Positions 1-9,987 of a stretch of 64,000 bases of DNA are shown here, one piece after another; the stretch's first letter is position 1; the number at the start of each line of letters is the position of its first letter. The notes under the pieces were generated by a model. The model did no database searches. It was not told the origin of the DNA and was given only the letters and a program-made list of their open reading frames with translations. Origin of the DNA: Patescibacteria group bacterium (GTDB lineage Bacteria; Patescibacteriota; Patescibacteriia; Magasanikbacterales; GWA2-37-8); NCBI GenBank assembly GCA_004321885.1, contig SCQK01000014.1:75646-139645 (forward strand), given 5' to 3'. Position numbers and translations under genes: made by a program.

Positions 1-159
1 TTGAACGCGCAAGGCCATACTGTAATTCTGGTAACGCACGAAAAATACACGGCCGAGCACGCCCAGCGCATTTTGCGCCTCAAGGACGGTGCGTTGGTGG
101 GCGATGAGAAGGTGAGAGACCGCCAGCTCGCGGACGGAAACGGCGAATTGAGGAAATGA
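1..159 (+). CDS. ABC transporter ATP-binding protein, C-terminal fragment (MacB/LolD-like); start lies upstream of the window
   Basis: Frame 1 reads [37 protein letters not shown] to a TGA at 157-159, the typical C-terminal end of an ABC ATPase (H-loop VTHE). Two FtsX-type permease genes follow immediately. Confidence 0.6.
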   Translation: MNAQGHTVILVTHEKYTAEHAQRILRLKDGALVGDEKVRDRQLADGNGELRK

Positions 160-178
160 ATAGTGAAGGGAATACCTT

Positions 179-1417
179 ATGCACTACGGCAACAGCATGC
201 ATTGTTCGTGGAAAACGCTCGCGGCTAATAAGGCGCGTTCTTTTTTGTCTATGCTCGGCGTGATTATCGGCGTGATGGTCGTCATTATCATTATTTCCGT
301 GGGCGCGGGCGCGCAAAGCTTGATTTTGAATCAGATCAAGAGTTTGGGCTCAAATTTAGTCGGGGTTTTGCCCGGCCAGTCCGAGGAAAAAGGCCCGCCC
401 GTGGCCGCCCTGGGCGTGGTTATCACCACTTTGAAATATGAAGACGGCAAAGCCATTGCCCAGTCTGGCAATCCGCATATCATTGGCGTGGCCTCTTATG
501 TGCGCGGCATTGATACGGTTGTTGTTGGAGATAAAAAAACAGATACGAATTTTTTGGGCACTACGGCCAGCTATATCAATGTGGAAGACGCGAACGTGGA
601 AACCGGCAGATTTTTTACCGAGGAAGAAGAGCGGGCCATGGGCCGGGTGGCGGCGCTGGGCAGCCAAGTGGCGCAGGATTTGTTTGGCAATGATGACCCG
701 CTCGGCAAACAAATAAAAATTAAGCGCACGCCGTTTACGATTATCGGCGTGATGAAAGCGCGCGGGGTGAGCGGTTTTCAAAACCAGGATAATCAGATTT
801 TTGTGCCCCTGCCCGCGGCGCAAAAATTACTGCTCGGCATCAATCATGTCAGTTTTATGCGCGTAAAAGTTGACAGCGGCGAGTATGTGGACAGCGCCAT
901 GGATTTCGTGAAACAGATTTTGCGCGCAGAGCACGGCATTACGAACGCGGCTGACGATGACTTTACCGTGCGCTCGGCCACCGATGGTTTGGCCGCGCTC
1001 ACTCAAATTACCAATGCCCTGCGTTTTTTCCTGGCCGCGGTGGCCAGCATCGCGCTGGTGGTGGGCGGATTTGGCATAATGAATATCATGCTGGCGGCTG
1101 TTACCGAGCGCACCCGCGAAATCGGTTTGCGCAAAGCAGTCGGGGCGCGTCACAGCGATATCACGCGTCAGTTTTTGGTGGAGACCGTTACCATTACTTT
1201 GTCCGGCGGCATTATCGGGGCGCTGTTTGGCATTTTGCTCTCGGTAATCGCGGCCACGGTGGCGCAAAATTTGGGCTATAAATGGGATTTGGTCGTCACG
1301 TTTTCCTCGGTGCTCTTTGCCGGCGCGGTGTCTGTCGCCATCGGACTTATTTTTGGCATTGTGCCGGCCCGCCGCGCCAGCCGCCTCAATCCGATAGAAG
1401 CCTTGCGGTACGAGTAA
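179..1417 (+). CDS. ABC transporter permease, FtsX/MacB family
   Basis: 412 aa with an N-terminal TM helix, a large periplasmic domain and a C-terminal FtsX 3-TM module (LRKAVGARHSDITRQFLVETVTITLSGGIIGALFGI). Confidence 0.8.
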   Translation: MHYGNSMHCSWKTLAANKARSFLSMLGVIIGVMVVIIIISVGAGAQSLILNQIKSLGSNLVGVLPGQSEEKGPPVAALGVVITTLKYEDGKAIAQSGNPHIIGVASYVRGIDTVVVGDKKTDTNFLGTTASYINVEDANVETGRFFTEEEERAMGRVAALGSQVAQDLFGNDDPLGKQIKIKRTPFTIIGVMKARGVSGFQNQDNQIFVPLPAAQKLLLGINHVSFMRVKVDSGEYVDSAMDFVKQILRAEHGITNAADDDFTVRSATDGLAALTQITNALRFFLAAVASIALVVGGFGIMNIMLAAVTERTREIGLRKAVGARHSDITRQFLVETVTITLSGGIIGALFGILLSVIAATVAQNLGYKWDLVVTFSSVLFAGAVSVAIGLIFGIVPARRASRLNPIEALRYE

Positions 1418-1420
1418 CTT

Positions 1421-2665
1421 ATGAATAAAACCATTTTTCAATTAGCCATTACTGCTTTGCGGCGCCAGAAAACGCGCGCCATTTTAACCATGGTCGCCAT
1501 CAGCATTGGCATCGCGGCTGTCGTGGTAATGTCTGCGGCCGGCAAGGGGCTGGAAAAAATGGTCATTAGCGAGCTTGATGTTTTTGGGCCCAATACGATT
1601 GAAATAGAAGTAAAGGTGCCGAGCGTGAAAAAAACTTCTAGCGAAAACGCCATGGGTCTTTCCACGGGCATTACCATTACCACGCTTAAGGACCGCGACA
1701 TTGATTCGGTGCGCCAGCATCCCAACATTGAATACGCCAACGGCTCGGTGATGGGGCAGGAATCGGTGAGCTACGGCGGGCAAATAAAAAAAGTGGTGCT
1801 GATGGGGCACGGCTGGGAGCAGGCACTGATAGACGACGTGAAATTTGCCAGCGGCCGTTTTTTTACCAAAGAAGAAGAAGAGTCGCTGAATTCGGTGGCG
1901 GTGCTGGGCAACGCGGTCAAGCAAAAAATGTTTGGCGATGACGAGGCAATCGGCAAAACCATTTACGTGAAAGGCAAGCCTTTCAAGGTGGTGGGCGTGA
2001 TGGCCAAGCGCGGGGCCGCTTTTTTCTTTGACATAGACAACATGGTTACCCTGCCCACCAAAACAATGCAAAAAAAACTTTTAGGCATCAATTATGTCAT
2101 GTACATCATGGCCAAGATGAAAGACCGTACGCAAGCCAAGCAGACCGCGGTCGAGCTCACGGAAATAATTCGCGCCAATCACGGCATCACGGACCCGGAC
2201 AAAGATGATTTCGCTGTCAATACCATGGAAGAGGCCAAAGCCATTTTGAAAACCATTATCGGCGCGCTGACCCTGCTTCTCATCGCGCTGGTGTGCATTT
2301 CGCTGGTGGTGGGCGGGGTGGGTATTATGAATATAATGTATGTGTCCGTGGCCGAGCGTAAATTTGAAATCGGCCTGCGCAAATCCGTGGGCGCCAGGCG
2401 TCAGGATATTTTATGGCAATTTTTGGACGAAGCTGTCATTCTCACCACCGGCGGAGGAGTGCTGGGAATTGTTTTGGGCGCCCTGCTCGCGTTTGTCATC
2501 TACATTGTGGCAATATCCTACGGCTTCAAATGGTCGTATATTTTGCCGTTCTCTTCCATTTTATTATCCCTCGGCTTCTCGGCCTTTATCGGCATTCTTT
2601 TTGGTGTTTACCCGGCCAAAAAAGCCGCCTCACTAAACCCCATTGAGGCCTTGCGCCGGGAGTAA
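1421..2665 (+). CDS. ABC transporter permease, FtsX/MacB family (second copy)
   Basis: 414 aa paralogue of the upstream permease with the same architecture (LRKSVGARRQDILWQFLDEAVILTTGGGVLGIVLGA). Confidence 0.8.
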   Translation: MNKTIFQLAITALRRQKTRAILTMVAISIGIAAVVVMSAAGKGLEKMVISELDVFGPNTIEIEVKVPSVKKTSSENAMGLSTGITITTLKDRDIDSVRQHPNIEYANGSVMGQESVSYGGQIKKVVLMGHGWEQALIDDVKFASGRFFTKEEEESLNSVAVLGNAVKQKMFGDDEAIGKTIYVKGKPFKVVGVMAKRGAAFFFDIDNMVTLPTKTMQKKLLGINYVMYIMAKMKDRTQAKQTAVELTEIIRANHGITDPDKDDFAVNTMEEAKAILKTIIGALTLLLIALVCISLVVGGVGIMNIMYVSVAERKFEIGLRKSVGARRQDILWQFLDEAVILTTGGGVLGIVLGALLAFVIYIVAISYGFKWSYILPFSSILLSLGFSAFIGILFGVYPAKKAASLNPIEALRRE

Positions 2666-2687
2666 GAGCTTGGTATGCTATGCCCGT

Positions 2688-4502
2688 ATGACCGACACTC
2701 AAGCCATCAAAGACCGGCTGGATATTGTGCAAATCATCGGCGAATATCTGCAGTTGAAAAAAGCCGGGGCCAACTGGAAGGCCAACTGCCCATTTCATCA
2801 GGAGAAAACCCCGTCTTTTATGGTGCACCCGGAAAAGCAGATATTTCATTGCTTTGGCTGCGGCAAAGGCGGGGATGTTTTTACCTTTGTGCAGGAAATG
2901 GAAGGGTTTGATTTTCCCGAAGCCCTGAAATTTTTGGCTGACCGCGCCGGGGTGAAGATAGACACGTATCGCAGTGAAATAGACAAAAGCCAGCGCAACC
3001 GGATTTTGGAAATCAACAACAAGGCCGCGTATTTTTTTCATCATTTTTTACTGGAAATGCCCGGGGCGCAAAAGGCCCGCGATTATTTAACGGAAAGAAA
3101 ATTAAAACCCGAAACAATAGAAGAATGGCAGGTGGGCTTTGTGCCTGACCAGTGGGACTTGCTTACGCAATATTTATTAAAAAAAGGATTTGGCATAGAT
3201 GATTTGGTTTTAGCGGGGTTGACCATAAAAAGAGAAGGGGCCAGCTTGTACTCGGGCAAGGGTTTTTACGACCGTTTTCGCGGTCGCATCATGTTTCCCA
3301 TTTGGGACGCGCACGATAATGTCGTCGGTTTTACGGGCAGGATTTTGGTGGAAACCGAACATTCCGGCGGCAAGTACGTCAATACTCCCCAAACCCTGGT
3401 TTATGATAAGTCACGCGTGCTTTACGGCATAAACAAGGCCAAACAAGAAATAAAAGCCAAAGATTTGGCTGTGCTAGTGGAAGGACAAATGGACGTCATC
3501 GCTTGCCATCAGGCCGGCATGAAAAATGTCTTCGCGGTTTCGGGCACGGCCCTGACTGCGGAGCAGATAAAATTAATAAAGCGATACACCAACAACGCGG
3601 CCTTTGCTTTTGACGTGGACGCGGCCGGGCAAAACGCGGCCAAGCGAGGGATAGACGCGGCCATAGAACAAGGCTTGAACACAAAAATTGTTCAACTACC
3701 CGAAGGCGCCGGCAAAGACGCGGATGAGTGTATAAAAGCAAATTCACAAATTTGGTTCAAGGCTGTGGAACAAGCCAAGGATGTGATGCAATGGCTGTTT
3801 GAAAAAAATTTGGCCGGGGTGGATATAGTCGACCCCAAGCAAAAACAGAGAGCCGGGCACAATTTACTCATAGAAATCAGCCGTTTGCCTTATGCTTTGG
3901 AACGCGACCATTGGCTAAAAGTATTGGCTGAGCGCCTGCGTGTGGACGAGGAAGTATTGAGAGAAGAAATGAAGAGCGCGGCCAAAGACGCGGCCAAAGA
4001 AGACAGGCGCGGCGGTTCCCCTCCCATTGATAAGAAGAGGGATGGGGAGGGGTCTGTGAACACATTAGTTGTTCAAACCCGCTATGACCTGCTCCTGCAG
4101 AATCTGTGGGCTTTGCTTCTTAAATACCCCTCGCTCATTAGCGCGTTTTGGAGCTCGCTGAAAGAGGACTATTTTTCCGGCACAGGGTTTGGATTGCTTT
4201 ACGATTTGGCGAAAAAGAGGTATAATACCGGCAGTGTGTCGCCCGAGGATTTGAGGGCTGATTTTGGCAACCAAGAGCAAAATTTTATTGATGTTTTATT
4301 GCTCAAGGCAGACACCATTTATGGCGATTACAAAGAGAGTGAGAGCGCGAAAGAAATTGAATTGATTTTGGCCGAGTTAAATAAAAGCTGGGTGAAAAAC
4401 AAGCGTGAACAGCTGATGGAAAAATTGAAAGAAGCGCAAAAAAACGGGGATTTGGGCGAGGTTAAAGATATTTTGTATAAAATTATTGAGTTAAACGAAT
4501 AA
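2688..4502 (+). CDS. dnaG: DNA primase
   Basis: Zinc-ribbon CPFHQEKTPSF...HCFGCGKGGDVFTFV followed by a TOPRIM region (EGQMDVIACHQAG). The ORF opens at 2643, but the ATG at 2688 (MTDTQAIKDRL) avoids overlap with the upstream gene. Confidence 0.9.
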   Translation: MTDTQAIKDRLDIVQIIGEYLQLKKAGANWKANCPFHQEKTPSFMVHPEKQIFHCFGCGKGGDVFTFVQEMEGFDFPEALKFLADRAGVKIDTYRSEIDKSQRNRILEINNKAAYFFHHFLLEMPGAQKARDYLTERKLKPETIEEWQVGFVPDQWDLLTQYLLKKGFGIDDLVLAGLTIKREGASLYSGKGFYDRFRGRIMFPIWDAHDNVVGFTGRILVETEHSGGKYVNTPQTLVYDKSRVLYGINKAKQEIKAKDLAVLVEGQMDVIACHQAGMKNVFAVSGTALTAEQIKLIKRYTNNAAFAFDVDAAGQNAAKRGIDAAIEQGLNTKIVQLPEGAGKDADECIKANSQIWFKAVEQAKDVMQWLFEKNLAGVDIVDPKQKQRAGHNLLIEISRLPYALERDHWLKVLAERLRVDEEVLREEMKSAAKDAAKEDRRGGSPPIDKKRDGEGSVNTLVVQTRYDLLLQNLWALLLKYPSLISAFWSSLKEDYFSGTGFGLLYDLAKKRYNTGSVSPEDLRADFGNQEQNFIDVLLLKADTIYGDYKESESAKEIELILAELNKSWVKNKREQLMEKLKEAQKNGDLGEVKDILYKIIELNE

Positions 4503-4508
4503 CGCGTT

Positions 4509-5837
4509 ATGTCTAGAAAAAGAGGGAAAAAGGTTTTGGCGCGAAAAAAATTGAAGGTTACGAAGCGCCAAGCGCCAAAGCGCGCCGTAAAAAAAATCAA
4601 GCGGGTCAAGAAAAAAGCGCGCGCCTCCAAAGGCCGCAAAATAAAAAAGACGTTTAGGTCCGCGAAAAAGCCTGCCCATGCGGCAGGCAGGCCTGTTTTT
4701 GTTAAAGGTAAAAAATCCATACCGCCGCTGGAAGTTATCGCCGAGCCGACCGGCGAGCAAATTTGGGCGCTCATTGCCAAGGGGCGCAACCGCGGTTTTA
4801 TCACCCAGATGGAATTGGAGCAGTTATTCTCTCGTCCCGAGCGCTATTTAGATTTGTACGAGGGTTTTATAGAAACGTTGGATAAAAACGGGGTCTCGCT
4901 GGTAGAGCACGTCGGCGGTCTTTTGGCCGACAAAAAAGACAAGCAGATAGTTTTGAAACAATTTCAGGGAGAACAACCGGACATGGATTCACCTTTTGAT
5001 TTAGGGCAAATTTCTTCGGATTCAATTCAGATGTACTTGCGCGAAATCGGCAAGATTCCGTTGCTTACCGGCGAGGAAGAAGTGTCTTTAGCCAAGCGTA
5101 AAGAGCGCGGCGATAAAGAGGCCGAGCAGAAATTAATTTCGGCCAATTTGCGCCTGGTGGTTTCTATTGCTAAAAAATTTATCGGCAAATCCCTGTCTTT
5201 GCTGGATTTGATTCAGGAAGGCAACATCGGCCTGTTTCGCGCCGTCAAAAAATTTGACTACCGCAAGGGCTATAAATTTTCCACCTACGCCACCTGGTGG
5301 ATTCGTCAGGCCATTACCCGCGCCTTGGCGGACCAGAGTCGCACTATCCGCATTCCGGTGCACATGGTGGAAACCATCAACCGCTTCCAGCAGGTGCAGA
5401 GGCGGCTGTTGCAGGATTTGGGGCGCGACCCCACGCCCGAAGAATTGGCCGCCGAGATGGGCGAAGAGGTGGGCAAGATAAATCACATCATCAAAATTTC
5501 GCAGGAGACCGTGTCTTTGGAAATGTCCGTGGGCGACGACGATGACGATGATTCGTCTTTGCAGGATTTTGTGGAGGACGTGAAAAACTTGTCGCCGGAC
5601 CGCGTGGCCGGCATGGAGATTTTGCGCGATTATGTCAAAGACGCCATCAAAGACCTGTCCCCGCGCGAGCAGAAAATTTTGGAAATGCGCTTTGGCCTCA
5701 CCGACGGCGTAACCCACACCCTGGAAGAAGTGGGCAAGGAATTTGACGTGACCCGCGAGCGCATCCGCCAGATAGAAGCCAAGGCCCTGGAAAAAATCAA
5801 AGCCATGGGCATTATCAGCAAGTTGAGGGATTATTAA
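4509..5837 (+). CDS. rpoD: RNA polymerase sigma-70 factor RpoD with an unusual lysine/arginine-rich N-terminal extension
   Basis: Region 2.4 [16 protein letters not shown] and regions 3 and 4 are conserved. It lies directly after dnaG, the classic arrangement. The first 70 aa are almost entirely K/R. Confidence 0.9.
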   Translation: MSRKRGKKVLARKKLKVTKRQAPKRAVKKIKRVKKKARASKGRKIKKTFRSAKKPAHAAGRPVFVKGKKSIPPLEVIAEPTGEQIWALIAKGRNRGFITQMELEQLFSRPERYLDLYEGFIETLDKNGVSLVEHVGGLLADKKDKQIVLKQFQGEQPDMDSPFDLGQISSDSIQMYLREIGKIPLLTGEEEVSLAKRKERGDKEAEQKLISANLRLVVSIAKKFIGKSLSLLDLIQEGNIGLFRAVKKFDYRKGYKFSTYATWWIRQAITRALADQSRTIRIPVHMVETINRFQQVQRRLLQDLGRDPTPEELAAEMGEEVGKINHIIKISQETVSLEMSVGDDDDDDSSLQDFVEDVKNLSPDRVAGMEILRDYVKDAIKDLSPREQKILEMRFGLTDGVTHTLEEVGKEFDVTRERIRQIEAKALEKIKAMGIISKLRDY

Positions 5838-5853
5838 TCACAAACCTGTCAAT

Positions 5854-7461
5854 ATGGCAGAGAAACCGTCGCCCTTGTATTTACACAAGGAAAGCAGGGC
5901 TCTTGAACAACTGAGAGACGCTTCTTTGAGTAAGGAAAAATTAACATCCGAAGATGTTAAGGAATATGTTGACGGGGTTTTGGATGAAATAAAAACCGCC
6001 ACCAGTAAAAGAAAAAAAGAAAGTATTTTGGCGAAGGCTTTGGATAAAGAAATCGTCTTGCGATATTTAAGTACGGAAGAAAGTATTTTTGATGAACAAT
6101 CTAAGGATGAAATTGAGGCCAAGGCCGATGTCGACGTCAGGACAATGGTTGCCGAGCGTCTTTTGAAGGCGATAATGGAAGAATTCCAGAAGAGGGGCGA
6201 GCACGATATTAATCTTTATACTCTATTGCATGGCAGAGGGATGATTAGCAGACTGGAAAGAACAGGGGGCGTTAATAGGATATACAAAGAGCATTTAACC
6301 AAGAGAGAAGGCATGCAGGAAGCAGACAAGCAGGCAAAGTATGGCGAAGGCCTGGAGGCGGCTAAAAAGACCATGCAAAAGTATATGCGCATGCCGAAAA
6401 GCGAGCATTTATTGCATGTATTCAAATTTGATCCTGACACCATGGCAGTGATAGTTCCGGAAATTCCGAATTATACCACTTTGGCGGATGTTGCTGATTT
6501 TCCAGAAAGAAATAAGTTAGCGGAGGCGTTGAAGATTTTGCTTGGAGGGATTGAAGGCGTGGAAGAATTAAGGAGGGCGGGCTTTATCATGCAGGATATC
6601 AAGGGGCTCAATATCGTAAAAATAGAGATTGTTAGAGAAGTAGAGGATACAGAGGGCAAAAAGACAATCATAAAAGAAACAAGCGGCGCGCTTCCCGATC
6701 TTGACGGTCTCACCCGAGAAAAAGATATTAAGAAAAATACGCGGTTATTTTTTGGAACACCGGGGCACGTGCCGCCGGAACTGGGAGAGGAAAAACAAAC
6801 GCGAACAGCCGAAACCGGGCAGACCGTTTCTTTGGAGAGTCCGCCGATGGCTATAGCTGATGATGAAAGTGGTCGGGTCGATTCAGGGGATACCGAAATC
6901 AATGCCGCGCCGTCGACTACAGCAGAAGACGTCGCTCCCGGCGGTATTGATAAAGGGCAGGAAAATAAAGATATTTCTCGCGACCGCACGGTATTGGCTC
7001 CGACAGCGGCCATTTCTCCGGAAGATAGCAGTCATTTAAGGCCTAAGGTTATTTCCGAATTTAACCAAGGCGGTTACAAAGAAGAGGTTTTTCAATTAGG
7101 GAGATGTCTTGAGGATATCGTGGTTGCTTTACCGCATGAAATGGAAGACAAAAACGCGGCTTCTCGCTTAAAGGATAATTATGCGGATCTAAAGGGTTTG
7201 CCTGGGAAAGACAGGAGGTCATTTATGGCGGAACTTTCTTCTTTATATCTAAAAATGAAACAGAGGGACCCAAAAAAAAGGCCGAATTTAGAAGAGGTTA
7301 GCGCGATTTTAAGCGGTCTCATCAGGCGGTTGGAAAGTCGAGGCGCTGATACGCAGGCAATTGCCGAAATCTCAAGAAGAATTGAAGAGATGACGCCAAC
7401 TGTTTCTGATACGACGAAGACGGCGATTGTTGACACAAAAATAGTAAAAAAAGCCGCATGA
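5854..7461 (+). CDS. hypothetical acidic protein with degenerate protein-kinase-like motifs
   Basis: 535 aa. AGFIMQDIKGLNIV resembles a kinase catalytic loop (HRDxKxxN), and FFGTPGHVPPE resembles the activation-segment GTPxxxAPE. The catalytic residues are not canonical, so it may be a pseudokinase. Confidence 0.3.
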   Translation: MAEKPSPLYLHKESRALEQLRDASLSKEKLTSEDVKEYVDGVLDEIKTATSKRKKESILAKALDKEIVLRYLSTEESIFDEQSKDEIEAKADVDVRTMVAERLLKAIMEEFQKRGEHDINLYTLLHGRGMISRLERTGGVNRIYKEHLTKREGMQEADKQAKYGEGLEAAKKTMQKYMRMPKSEHLLHVFKFDPDTMAVIVPEIPNYTTLADVADFPERNKLAEALKILLGGIEGVEELRRAGFIMQDIKGLNIVKIEIVREVEDTEGKKTIIKETSGALPDLDGLTREKDIKKNTRLFFGTPGHVPPELGEEKQTRTAETGQTVSLESPPMAIADDESGRVDSGDTEINAAPSTTAEDVAPGGIDKGQENKDISRDRTVLAPTAAISPEDSSHLRPKVISEFNQGGYKEEVFQLGRCLEDIVVALPHEMEDKNAASRLKDNYADLKGLPGKDRRSFMAELSSLYLKMKQRDPKKRPNLEEVSAILSGLIRRLESRGADTQAIAEISRRIEEMTPTVSDTTKTAIVDTKIVKKAA

Positions 7462-7489
7462 AAATATCCAAAGATATTTTCATGATTCG

Positions 7490-7520
7490 TTCGGAAATAG
7501 CCGCTTACAGCGGCTATTTC
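7490..7520. terminator. perfect 12 bp-stem hairpin GGAAATAGCCGC-TTACA-GCGGCTATTTCC
   Basis: A palindrome seen directly between the hypothetical gene and murG. The T-run is weak, so this may be a terminator or an RNA-stability hairpin. Confidence 0.4.
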
Positions 7521-7531
7521 CCTCACTCATT

Positions 7532-8611
7532 ATGAAAATAATGTTTTCCGGCGGGGGGACTTTGGGGCCGGTGACGCCGCTTTTGGCGGTGCACGAGATT
7601 TATCGCCGCCGCAATCCGGGGGCGAAATTTGTGTGGGTGGGCACAAAGCGCGGCCCAGAGAAAAAAATTTTGGAAAAATATAACATAGTTTTTTACGCGG
7701 TCACATCGTGCAAGTGGCGCCGCTATTTTTCTTTGCGCAACATCATAGACGCGATTAAATTCGGCGTTGCTTTTTTCCAGTGTTTGATTTTGCTGTGGAT
7801 AGAAACGCCCGACCTGCTTGTTTCCGCCGGCGGGTTCGTGAGCGTGCCTTTGCATTGGGCCGGCGCCCTGCTGGGCATACCGGCCTGGGTTCATCAGCAA
7901 GACCCGAGCGTGGGATTGGCCAACAAATTGAACGCGCGTTTTGCCAAGAAAATTACCACGGCCCTGCGCGACACCGCGCGATTTTTTCCCGAGAAAAAAA
8001 CCGAATGGCTGGGCAACCCGGTGCGCGACCTGACAGTGGGCGATGCGCAAGCGGCGCGCGGGCGTTTGGGTTTGCCGCTGACCGGCCCGGTTATTTTTGC
8101 CTTGGGCGGCGGCACCGGGGCCTCAAAATTAAACGAGCTGGTGTTGCAATCCTTGGCTTCTCTGCCCAAGGATTGGCAGGTCATTCATCTGCTCGGCGAC
8201 AGACCCATGGAAATGGCCGAGCGGGCCGCGCAGACATTTACCAATTACCATCCGCGCCAATTTTTTACTCACGAGATGAAAGACGCCTACGCGGCGGCTG
8301 ATGTGGTTATCGCGCGCGCCGGTTTTGGCACCATCAGCGAGCTGGCGGCCCTGGGCAAGGCCGCGGTCATAATTCCTATGCCCGGCTCGCATCAGGAAGA
8401 AAACGCGAAATTGCTTTCAGCCAACAAAGCGGCCATCGTGCTCCGCGAAGAAACAGCTAACGGAATGAAGCTGGCGCATATCGTGGATGAGATTGCGCGC
8501 TATCCGGAATTCAAAGATTATCTCGGCAACCGCTTGCGCTCTATTTTACCGCCGGCTAGGCCCGAGAGGGTCGTGGAAATTATTGAAGAACTTACAGAAT
8601 CAAAGAAATAA
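7532..8611 (+). CDS. murG: undecaprenyldiphospho-muramoylpentapeptide beta-N-acetylglucosaminyltransferase
   Basis: N-terminal MFSGGGTLGPVTPLLAV (the G-loop of GT28) and a C-terminal UDP-GlcNAc-binding region (GGGTGASKLN...ARAGFGTISE). Confidence 0.85.
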   Translation: MKIMFSGGGTLGPVTPLLAVHEIYRRRNPGAKFVWVGTKRGPEKKILEKYNIVFYAVTSCKWRRYFSLRNIIDAIKFGVAFFQCLILLWIETPDLLVSAGGFVSVPLHWAGALLGIPAWVHQQDPSVGLANKLNARFAKKITTALRDTARFFPEKKTEWLGNPVRDLTVGDAQAARGRLGLPLTGPVIFALGGGTGASKLNELVLQSLASLPKDWQVIHLLGDRPMEMAERAAQTFTNYHPRQFFTHEMKDAYAAADVVIARAGFGTISELAALGKAAVIIPMPGSHQEENAKLLSANKAAIVLREETANGMKLAHIVDEIARYPEFKDYLGNRLRSILPPARPERVVEIIEELTESKK

Positions 8612-8654
8612 AAATTTGAACGGTGAATCGCTCGGAGAATTTGGGATTCAATGT

Positions 8655-9986
8655 TCAAATTTTTATTTCTTTGATTTTATTTTGTAAAGTTTGTTTTGAT
8701 TTTACTCGCACCCGCACAAATTCCGGCGTATATCCCGCGAAGTAGCCGGATTTTTTTTGTTCAAACAGTACTGGGCGGGTTTTGCCGGTGAATTTGGCCG
8801 CGAATTTTTTGGCCTCGGCTTTGGAAATTTTGAGCAGTTTTTTTACGCGTTCGGTTTTGATTTTGTCCTGCACTTGGTTTGGCATTTTGGCCGCGGCAGT
8901 GCCAGGGCGCGGAGAAAAAGGGAAAACGTGTATTTTGGCAAAGCCCCCGCCAAAGGCGGGTCCGTCTTGGGCGGACATTTTTTTTACAAACGCGCAGGTC
9001 TCGGTGAATTCTTTTTCGGTCTCGCCCGGGAAGCCGACGATAATGTCGGTGGTAAAAGAAAACAGGGGATTGGCCTGGCGCAGTTTTTGAACAATTCCAA
9101 GATATTGTTTCGCGTTATATCCGCGCCGCATCCGTTTGAGCATTGTGTCCGAGCCCGATTGCAAGGACAAATGCCAATGCGGCATCAATCTGTTTTGTCC
9201 CCCCTTTTTAAGGGGGGAATAAAAGGGGGGTAAGAATAATTTTATTAATTTTTCCGAAATCAGCCGCGGGTCCAGCGAACCGAGCCGGATGCGCTCTATT
9301 TTTGTTTCTCGTAAAATTTTTTTCAGCAGTTCGGCCAAGTCTCCCCCACTGCCAGAGGGGGGGACGAAGGGGGGGTGGGAGCTGTCTTTGTATTGGCAAA
9401 TATTTACTCCGGTCAGTACCGCTTCTTTATAGCCGTCTTTTTCCGCTTCTTTGATTTTTTTTATCACCGCCTCGGATGGCACACTTCGCGTTCGGCCGCG
9501 GAAAGATGGAATAATACAATAGGCGCAGTTAAAATTACAGCCGGTTTGGATTTTGATGAGAGTGCGTGTTCTATCATTGCGTAGCCGAGCGGTCGGATGT
9601 GTTCGTAGCGCCTTATGCCGCCGCAGCGGCATGGCCGAGGCCTCGCGGCCGAGGGAAGCGAGAACACATCCGACCGCTCCTCTGCGAGCTTCGCAATGGC
9701 TCACAACTTCCTCATTCCCTCTCGCCACAAAATCAATCTCGGGCAAATCCTTGTTTTCCAGACAGCCAACCGCGATTACGTACGCCCCGCGCCGTTTGGC
9801 CCGCCGAATCATCTCGCGCGTGGTCTGACTGGCGTCCACGGTCACTCCGCAGGCGCGCACCACGGCTACGTCTTCGTGCGCGCCAAAAAGCACGACAGAA
9901 AAACCTCGCTGTACGAGGTCTTTTTTCAGTTCTTCTGTCTCGGCTTGATTCAATTTGCACCCCAGGGTGTGGAATGAAATTTTCAC
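8655..9986 (-). CDS. radical-SAM methylthiotransferase, MiaB/MtaB/RimO family, carrying three in-frame repeat insertions
   Basis: MKISFHTLGCKLNQAETEEL (UPF0004 domain), the radical-SAM cysteine motif CNFNCAYCIIP, and a C-terminal TRAM-like end. Three GC-rich palindromic segments are inserted in frame. Confidence 0.8.
   Translation of the reverse strand: MKISFHTLGCKLNQAETEELKKDLVQRGFSVVLFGAHEDVAVVRACGVTVDASQTTREMIRRAKRRGAYVIAVGCLENKDLPEIDFVARGNEEVVSHCEARRGAVGCVLASLGREASAMPLRRHKALRTHPTARLRNDRTRTLIKIQTGCNFNCAYCIIPSFRGRTRSVPSEAVIKKIKEAEKDGYKEAVLTGVNICQYKDSSHPPFVPPSGSGGDLAELLKKILRETKIERIRLGSLDPRLISEKLIKLFLPPFYSPLKKGGQNRLMPHWHLSLQSGSDTMLKRMRRGYNAKQYLGIVQKLRQANPLFSFTTDIIVGFPGETEKEFTETCAFVKKMSAQDGPAFGGGFAKIHVFPFSPRPGTAAAKMPNQVQDKIKTERVKKLLKISKAEAKKFAAKFTGKTRPVLFEQKKSGYFAGYTPEFVRVRVKSKQTLQNKIKEIKI
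9196..9236. repeat. family-A GC palindrome (CCCCCCTTTTTAAGGGGGG...AAAAGGGGGG) in frame in the miaB-like gene
   Basis: Translates as PPFYSPLKKGGQ within the ORF. Confidence 0.7.
9336..9382. repeat. family-A element with CCCCC...GGGGGGG arms and a GGGGGGGTGGGAGC tail, in frame in the miaB-like gene
   Basis: Translates as HPPFVPPSGSGGD. The same tail motif recurs at 46831-46843 and 53875-53888. Confidence 0.7.
9585..9678. repeat. 94 bp structured insert inside the miaB-like gene: 18 bp perfect inverted repeat (GAGCGGTCGGATGTGTTC / GAACACATCCGACCGCTC) around a GC-rich 56 bp core
   Basis: Inverted repeat read directly from the sequence. It is translated in frame as EVVSHCEARRGAVGCVLASLGREASAMPLRRHKALRTHPTARL. 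Confidence 0.7.
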
Positions 9987-9987
9987 G

